Source of the DNA: Alphaproteobacteria bacterium
GTDB lineage: Bacteria; Pseudomonadota; Alphaproteobacteria; GCA-2731375
Assembly: GCA_028281075.1 (NCBI GenBank)
Contig: JANQKO010000373.1
Location: 1-34,441, forward strand
DNA length: 34,441 nucleotides
Reading direction: 5' to 3'
This document shows, piece by piece, positions 34,156 to 34,441 of the stretch. Under the pieces are notes generated by a model. That model did not search any database. It was not told the DNA's origin and saw only the letters and a program-made list of their open reading frames with translations. Positions within the stretch are counted from its first letter, which is position 1. Every line of letters starts with the position of its first letter. Position numbers and translations under genes: made by a program.

Positions 34156-34441
34156 ATGGCCGATATGACGAAACCTGCCGCGGGCAGGCGTCCGCCCTAC
34201 CGTGTCGCCCTGGTCGGCGCCGGCAATATCGCCGAATCGCACGCCGAGGCGCTCCGCGGCATCAAGACGGCGCGGCTGACCGCGGTGGTCGATCCCGACC
34301 GCGACAAGGCCCGGGCCTTCGCGGCCAAGTGGCGCGCCGGCAAGGTACTGGCCAGCACCGACGAGCTGATCGAGGCCGGTCTCTGCGACACGGCGCATGT
34401 GCTGGTGCCGCCGGACCTGCATCGCGCCGTCGCCGAGCCGC
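34156..34441 (+). CDS. Gfo/Idh/MocA family oxidoreductase, N-terminal part (runs off the window)
   Basis: Hand translation: MADMTKPAAGRRPPYRVALVGAGNIAESHAEAL...AVVDPDRDKARAFA...AHVLVPPDLHRAVAEP, with a Rossmann GxGxxA motif. In-frame ATGs at 34135, 34156 and 34165. Confidence 0.85.
   Translation, partial: MADMTKPAAGRRPPYRVALVGAGNIAESHAEALRGIKTARLTAVVDPDRDKARAFAAKWRAGKVLASTDELIEAGLCDTAHVLVPPDLHRAVAEP

Noticed and set aside
1-34441. CRISPR arrays, tRNA/rRNA genes, transposases, integrases, prophage or defence genes
   Set aside because: No regularly spaced direct repeats, RNA-gene signatures or such protein motifs seen by eye. Short structured RNAs cannot be excluded without a covariance search.

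Overview
High-GC bacterial DNA, most likely from an alphaproteobacterium. About 27 kb (6481-33918, nearly all minus strand) is an exosortase A (XrtA)/PEP-CTERM-associated exopolysaccharide locus. In transcription order it encodes two nucleotide-sugar dehydrogenases (WbpA-like and AlgD-like), a GT4, an opposite-strand CelD-like GNAT, a Wza-like export lipoprotein, chain-length determinant, BY-kinase, outer-membrane barrel, AAA ATPase, deacetylase, FemAB-like protein, sugar transferase, xrtA (EpsH-EpsI fusion), amidotransferase, an orphan secreted membrane-anchored protein, the priming sugar transferase and prsK-prsR-prsT. The left 6 kb holds a crotonase whose 3' end is joined to a UbiH-family fragment, a DUF938 methyltransferase, a YCII + ECF42 sigma pair with a matching promoter, folE, a degenerate SNase-like protein, an IalB-like protein, an unlisted 52-aa membrane sORF, a 113-aa orphan and three different palindromic elements. 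A Gfo/Idh/MocA gene starts at the right edge. The XrtA locus type is already described. The best novelty candidates are the orphan in-locus protein with a divergent PEP-CTERM-like tail and an internal A9 tract, a perfect TGTGA-N6-TCACA box inside the operon, a non-lipidated PrsT, a 38% GC patch in the priming transferase gene, and the repeat elements. Family names (including TIGRFAM numbers) come from motif recognition and gene context; no searches were run.
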